This document shows, piece after piece, positions 59,849-64,000 of a stretch of DNA of 64,000 bases. The DNA lies in IMG/VR virus record IMGVR_UViG_3300021255_002539, positions 320,001 to 384,000 of that record; one strand, given 5' to 3'. A program made the position numbers and the translations under genes. Source of the DNA: a virus. Taxonomy: Duplodnaviria; Caudoviricetes. The notes below the pieces were generated by a model. The model saw nothing but the letters and a program-made list of their open reading frames with translations. It made no database searches and was not told where the DNA came from. Position 1 is the first letter of the stretch. Every line of letters begins with the position of its first letter.

Positions 59849-59933
59849 TGGTTTTCTCCTTTTGCTATATTATACCACTTCGCGGTCAAATGGTAAATAT
59901 ATCCAAACATCAACATTCATCTTCATCATCACC

Positions 59934-60173
59934 ATGGTATACGACGCACAGACATACAAGGTTTTCCACCAACTCACTGAGAATGGGCAGTTCCACTATT
60001 TCGCAATGCTTGAACACAAGGCAGACGAACTCTTGTTCAAGAAAAAGCACTTTTTCCTGTATTGGTGGTAGAGGTTCCGCAATTGGGTGAGGACTGGGGA
60101 TTCAGAATGGATTGGACCAGAATACCCAGACGAGAAGCAGTACCAAGATGGCTTTTCCTACTCAGAATCCTGA
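59934..60173 (+). CDS. Small hypothetical protein, 1 in-frame TAG
   Basis: GGTAAATA upstream; readthrough of TAG 60069 fills the gap up to the convergent gene. Confidence 0.55.
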
Positions 60174-60452
60174 TTTGTGGTTACAACTACGCAAGTGATC
60201 CACTACCTTTTGCAGGTTGTCGGCGTCCTCTTTGCGCAGAATCACCTCGTCGAACGCGCCATATCGGCTCTTGTGGCCGAATACATACTTCACGGCATGC
60301 CAAAGCCTCTTCCAAAAGCCCATGTAGTTGGCGAGATGCACCGACACATACACCTCGTTGTCCTCGTCGTCCCATCGTACAATCAACTGGTGCTCTACTG
60401 ACGAGCAATCGCAAAGCAACAGAATCTCGTTGTCGTTCTTCATGTCTGTCAT
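60162..60452 (-). CDS. Hypothetical protein
   Basis: C.C...EH, FWKRL..A.KYVFG motif. Confidence 0.7.
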   Translation of the reverse strand: MTDMKNDNEILLLCDCSSVEHQLIVRWDDEDNEVYVSVHLANYMGFWKRLWHAVKYVFGHKSRYGAFDEVILRKEDADNLQKVVDHLRSCNHKSGF

Positions 60453-61381
60453 CCTTCGTGCATGTTCCAGGTCATCGTTGCTTCCTTCAAGTCCCTCCAT
60501 GTGATTCTTTTGCCATTCAGGAAGTCGTATATCTCGCCGCGCATCTTGTCCTTCTCGGAAAGATACTTGTCGTCAATCTTCATGAACTCCAGGAACTTGG
60601 GGTCGTTGGGGTTGACCTTGCCCAGATTCACCAGATTGCGCAGAAGAACCTCGCACAACCTGTCGAATGTCCAGGACTCGGTGTCGAACTCCTCGGTTTG
60701 ATCTATTGAATCGCCATAGGGCATCTGATTGTCGTCAGCATGGACGAAGAACCTGGCCACCTTGGACTTAATCACATCCAGGTTGGTCATGATGCCTGCC
60801 TCGGTCCTCAAGTCTCTGAGGAACTTCCCAACATAGTCTGGCATAGGCTCGTAGTGTCCAAACTCCCCGGTCTTTGGATCCCGCTTGTTCGACCGGATGA
60901 ACCTATCCACCTTGCACTTCGCAGACTTTGACGATTCGCGCAACTCCCACCTGGAGACATCCAGTATGTCCGAGACGCCATCTATTATGTTGTTGAACTT
61001 GGATATGGCGTTGGTGCCGAACAGCACTTCTTCCTTTTTCTTGCCATTGCAGACATAGTGGCAGTTGTTGGCGTCCCACTCCCCCAGAAGCCTACCCCAA
61101 CGCTCAATGGCCTCCTTCTTGTCATCCTTGTCCCACAGGTCGTATACCCAAATGGGCCCGAACGAGCCGAACTTGATCTCGTCCTCGTGCCACTCAGGTT
61201 GCTTTGCTACGGACCTCGCGACAGATTTGACCTCCTCGTTGTAGGACTTCCTGCCATATGCCTCGATGATGGCGTCCATTATGTCGGCCTTCGTGATGTT
61301 GAAGAACTCGAACAGCTCGTTCTGAGCAAGAACGAAGCTCGATGAACTTGAATTCGAAACATAGTCTGTGCGTATCTTCAT
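60449..61381 (-). CDS. Hypothetical protein, MKIRxD(F/Y)VSNSSSSSF family
   Basis: N-terminal signature. Confidence 0.8.
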   Translation of the reverse strand: MKIRTDYVSNSSSSSFVLAQNELFEFFNITKADIMDAIIEAYGRKSYNEEVKSVARSVAKQPEWHEDEIKFGSFGPIWVYDLWDKDDKKEAIERWGRLLGEWDANNCHYVCNGKKKEEVLFGTNAISKFNNIIDGVSDILDVSRWELRESSKSAKCKVDRFIRSNKRDPKTGEFGHYEPMPDYVGKFLRDLRTEAGIMTNLDVIKSKVARFFVHADDNQMPYGDSIDQTEEFDTESWTFDRLCEVLLRNLVNLGKVNPNDPKFLEFMKIDDKYLSEKDKMRGEIYDFLNGKRITWRDLKEATMTWNMHEG

Positions 61382-61848
61382 TTGTGAATCCTTTCCAGCC
61401 AGTTGATGATGTCCTTTGGACGACTTGGCGAATGGTCGTCTACAATCCAGCAGGAGATGCGTTCACCCCGCTTCTTGGGAATGTCCTCCAACTCCATCTT
61501 CTCTCCCTTTGAACAACCACCCCAATCAGATGCGTCGTAGACGAACTCAGTGGCCCAATCGTCGCTCCTCCACTTGCGAACTTTCCATATGGTCACATTG
61601 TCAGAATATGTGTCAATCACAATGGGGGTTGGGCGCATGTCGAAGTCCATCATCAACTCTGGCGTCAACTTGAACACATAGTCTCCATCGCAAATGTTGG
61701 GGAACACGACGAAGAACGCCTCGCCATCCTCCAGGTTGTCGAAGTCCTCTATAGTCAATCTATAGCCATCCCTGGGCGTATACTTCGACCCAAGCACCAT
61801 GAAAGAGCTTGAACTGGAGTTTGAAACGAAGTCAGAGCGAATCTTCAT
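61378..61848 (-). CDS. Hypothetical protein, MKIRxD(F/Y)VSNSSSSSF family
   Basis: N-terminal signature; ATGA coupling. Confidence 0.8.
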   Translation of the reverse strand: MKIRSDFVSNSSSSSFMVLGSKYTPRDGYRLTIEDFDNLEDGEAFFVVFPNICDGDYVFKLTPELMMDFDMRPTPIVIDTYSDNVTIWKVRKWRSDDWATEFVYDASDWGGCSKGEKMELEDIPKKRGERISCWIVDDHSPSRPKDIINWLERIHK

Positions 61849-62162
61849 CGGAAGCAAATCCCCATTTGGTCAGTATAATCCCCCAGGAGCTTCAACGAAC
61901 CATCAGGCTCCAGAACCATGATGTCGTTGAACTTGTCCGAGTCAGTTATCGTCTCATTTCCAACACCCGTGTAGATGGACACTTGAGCATGGCCGGAAAG
62001 ACCCGGAGTGTTCTCTGCCTTGACTGCCACGACTTGCGTTGCTGTGCAAGCATCCTCGTATCTATCCCGAAACAGAATTGTTTTCCCCACCAGGAAACTC
62101 AGCTTCGCTGCAACACCCCTTGTGTCAATGCCAATCTTCTCAATACCCATATCAATACTCAT
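61845..62162 (-). CDS. Hypothetical protein
   Basis: GGAGG SD. Confidence 0.65.
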   Translation of the reverse strand: MSIDMGIEKIGIDTRGVAAKLSFLVGKTILFRDRYEDACTATQVVAVKAENTPGLSGHAQVSIYTGVGNETITDSDKFNDIMVLEPDGSLKLLGDYTDQMGICFR

Positions 62163-62661
62163 AGTCAACCTCCACTTCCTTCAACAGATCCTTCAAGTCG
62201 TCAGTCATGTCGTCCCACTTCACGATGCGTTCCAACTCCCAACTAGTGGGTGGCGCATATGTATCGCGCATTCTCTTCACAGCATCCTCGGGAACACCAT
62301 GTATGTTCTGAAACTGGGTCTTCATGTGGATGAACACCACATTGTAGCCATGTTCATCTGCCAGGTGGAAGTAGACCTTCCTGTCTGCCCTCTTGACATT
62401 CGTGTTGGACACAATCAAGTTCTGCCCCTTGTTCATGACCATCGTGGCTTGATCACAACACCACTTGTGCGCCTTCCAAAGCAACTTGGGGTCGAATGCA
62501 TACTGCCCATTGCCCCGAATGTACCAGAACTCGTCGGCCTCGCAAATCTCGGCGATTGGGGAGATGTACATCGGCGCAACCTCCTGAATCCTCTGCGCCA
62601 AGGTGGACTTGCCAGAGCCAGCTGCCCCAGTTATGATGAAGATGTACTTTGAGTTATCCAT
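62152..62661 (-). CDS. P-loop kinase (AAA_33 / N4BP2-like polynucleotide kinase)
   Basis: GAAGSGKST, AHKWC, VSNTN, NIHGVP. Confidence 0.8.
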   Translation of the reverse strand: MDNSKYIFIITGAAGSGKSTLAQRIQEVAPMYISPIAEICEADEFWYIRGNGQYAFDPKLLWKAHKWCCDQATMVMNKGQNLIVSNTNVKRADRKVYFHLADEHGYNVVFIHMKTQFQNIHGVPEDAVKRMRDTYAPPTSWELERIVKWDDMTDDLKDLLKEVEVDYEY

Positions 62662-63019
62662 TGTCAATAATCCCACTTGAAATATGTGTCCCTGCCAGTC
62701 TGACGGCCATCTTGCCACGCATCTTCTATAATGTCGGAAATGTCGTCCTTAAGTGCTTCTCTGTTTTCAACAATGCCATACTTGTCCAGAATAGCATCAA
62801 GTTTCTTCATCCACTCATCCATTGCCAGACTTCCTTTCAATCTTCAATGCCTGTTTTACCAGCTCTTCCATGTCCTTCTCGAACTTGTATATTTCCACCT
62901 TGGACAACCAACCTTCGGAAATCCCATCCATGCAGTCGCGATAACAGCACTCTAAACGCAAGGAACCGAATTCCTTGACTCGCTTCTTCATGGCAAGGAG
63001 TGTTTTGTGCAATTCCTTG

Positions 63020-63217
63020 TTATCCATTATACGCCTTTCTGAGATTGTCTCCAACCTCGTCAGCAAGGGCTTTCATCTTCTTGTAGATGTCATCGCACAT
63101 GGTATGGTTGCTCTCCATGGTGACTTGCTGAAGTTCCTCCATGAAGGAATTCCAAGCCTTGCAAGCCCTCTGAGCCCGCATCTTCACCCTAGCCTGGTCA
63201 ATCCTGTGGTATGTCAT
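63020..63217 (-). CDS. Small hypothetical protein
   Basis: First gene after the promoter at 63253-63283. Confidence 0.55.
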   Translation of the reverse strand: MTYHRIDQARVKMRAQRACKAWNSFMEELQQVTMESNHTMCDDIYKKMKALADEVGDNLRKAYNG

Positions 63218-63290
63218 AATCAATCGCCTTCTTTGATACTTACAACACCTATATTATACCATATTGAAGGATGGTCTGTCAATAGACCAC

Positions 63291-63953
63291 TCACAACGAA
63301 TTCGTCTTGCCATTCAACCGCTTTTCCAGTGCGTCGAACACAATGAGCAAGGCGTTCAGGTCATCTTTCAATGGCTCGATGTAGGGCAGGAGGTTGGGGA
63401 GATTCACCCAGCGCTTCTCCTTGGGATTGAAGAACAACAGACCCTTGTCGTCATCCCCAGCATACTTCATGTTGAGGGAATCGCCAATGTAGATGTTGAT
63501 GTCTGTCCCGAAGATGTAGATCAACTTGGCGACATTGGAGAACTGAAATTCTGTGAAGTAGTGGAGCTTCGGAAGCCAGACCTTCGTGATCCAGGCATTC
63601 ACCTTCTTCTCGTCCACACCCATCTTGATGAACTTGTCGTGCAGCTTGCGCATCAGGCGAATCGAGAACTGCCCGCAACCGGCACAAGCATCACAAGTCG
63701 TGGATGTCAAGGTCAGATTCGGAATCTCCGGCTCAAGCATCTCGTCAACCAACCAAAGGGGCGTACATACCCAGCCAAAATCCTTGAATTGCTGTTTGGT
63801 CGTCTTTTGTTGTTGATCATCCCCACGCTCGAAGTGTGGCGTGGACAAGTCAAGGTGAGTCAAGCCAGTGACTTCCTTAAAGCGAGATTCTGTGGTTGCG
63901 ATGTCCATTTGCTTGTAAATAGGCAATTCATTCAATGCGAATGAATTGCCCAT
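63291..63953 (-). CDS. N6-adenine MTase-like SAM-binding protein lacking NPPY
   Basis: FGWVCTP..LVDEML...DACAGCGQF...IYIGDSL. Confidence 0.6.
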   Translation of the reverse strand: MGNSFALNELPIYKQMDIATTESRFKEVTGLTHLDLSTPHFERGDDQQQKTTKQQFKDFGWVCTPLWLVDEMLEPEIPNLTLTSTTCDACAGCGQFSIRLMRKLHDKFIKMGVDEKKVNAWITKVWLPKLHYFTEFQFSNVAKLIYIFGTDINIYIGDSLNMKYAGDDDKGLLFFNPKEKRWVNLPNLLPYIEPLKDDLNALLIVFDALEKRLNGKTNSL

Positions 63954-64000
63954 TCTAAGTATGGTTTAGTTCAACGAACCACCCTTCGTTCGGTTGCACT

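Overview
This window looks like part of a large T4-like (jumbo) phage genome. It has no ribosomal or core cellular genes. It does carry gp41-like helicase, gp44-like clamp loader, gp21-like prohead protease, and gp3-, gp10- and gp15-like tail/baseplate genes, along with nucleotide and CoA metabolism genes and many small hypothetical genes. (1) Genetic code: the phage very probably reads TAG as Gln (code 15-like). Reading through TAG joins the ORF-track fragments into 16 intact genes that end at TAA/TGA, often with ATGA/TAATG overlaps, and none of the ~60 other genes I checked ends at TAG. (2) Regulation: in-frame TAGs occur only in genes or operons preceded by a (G/T)GTAAATA motif, a candidate late promoter. 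Genes behind sigma70-type promoters contain none. (3) RNA array: a ~9 kb minus-strand array (41.9-51.2 kb) holds 36 recognisable tRNAs covering all 20 amino acids (no canonical CUA suppressor) and a tmRNA. It is built like an rRNA operon, with tandem promoters, three boxA-like elements and two long-range leader/trailer helices. Many non-canonical tRNA-like and structured RNAs are interspersed, including a circularly permuted tRNA mimic, a tRNA with a ~105-nt variable arm, a minihelix and a three-copy hairpin motif. (4) Other oddities: two DUF4338/DruA-like paralogues flanking the clamp loader, and a CoaB gene next to a CoaC-M23 fusion. All calls come from manual reading; no searches were run.
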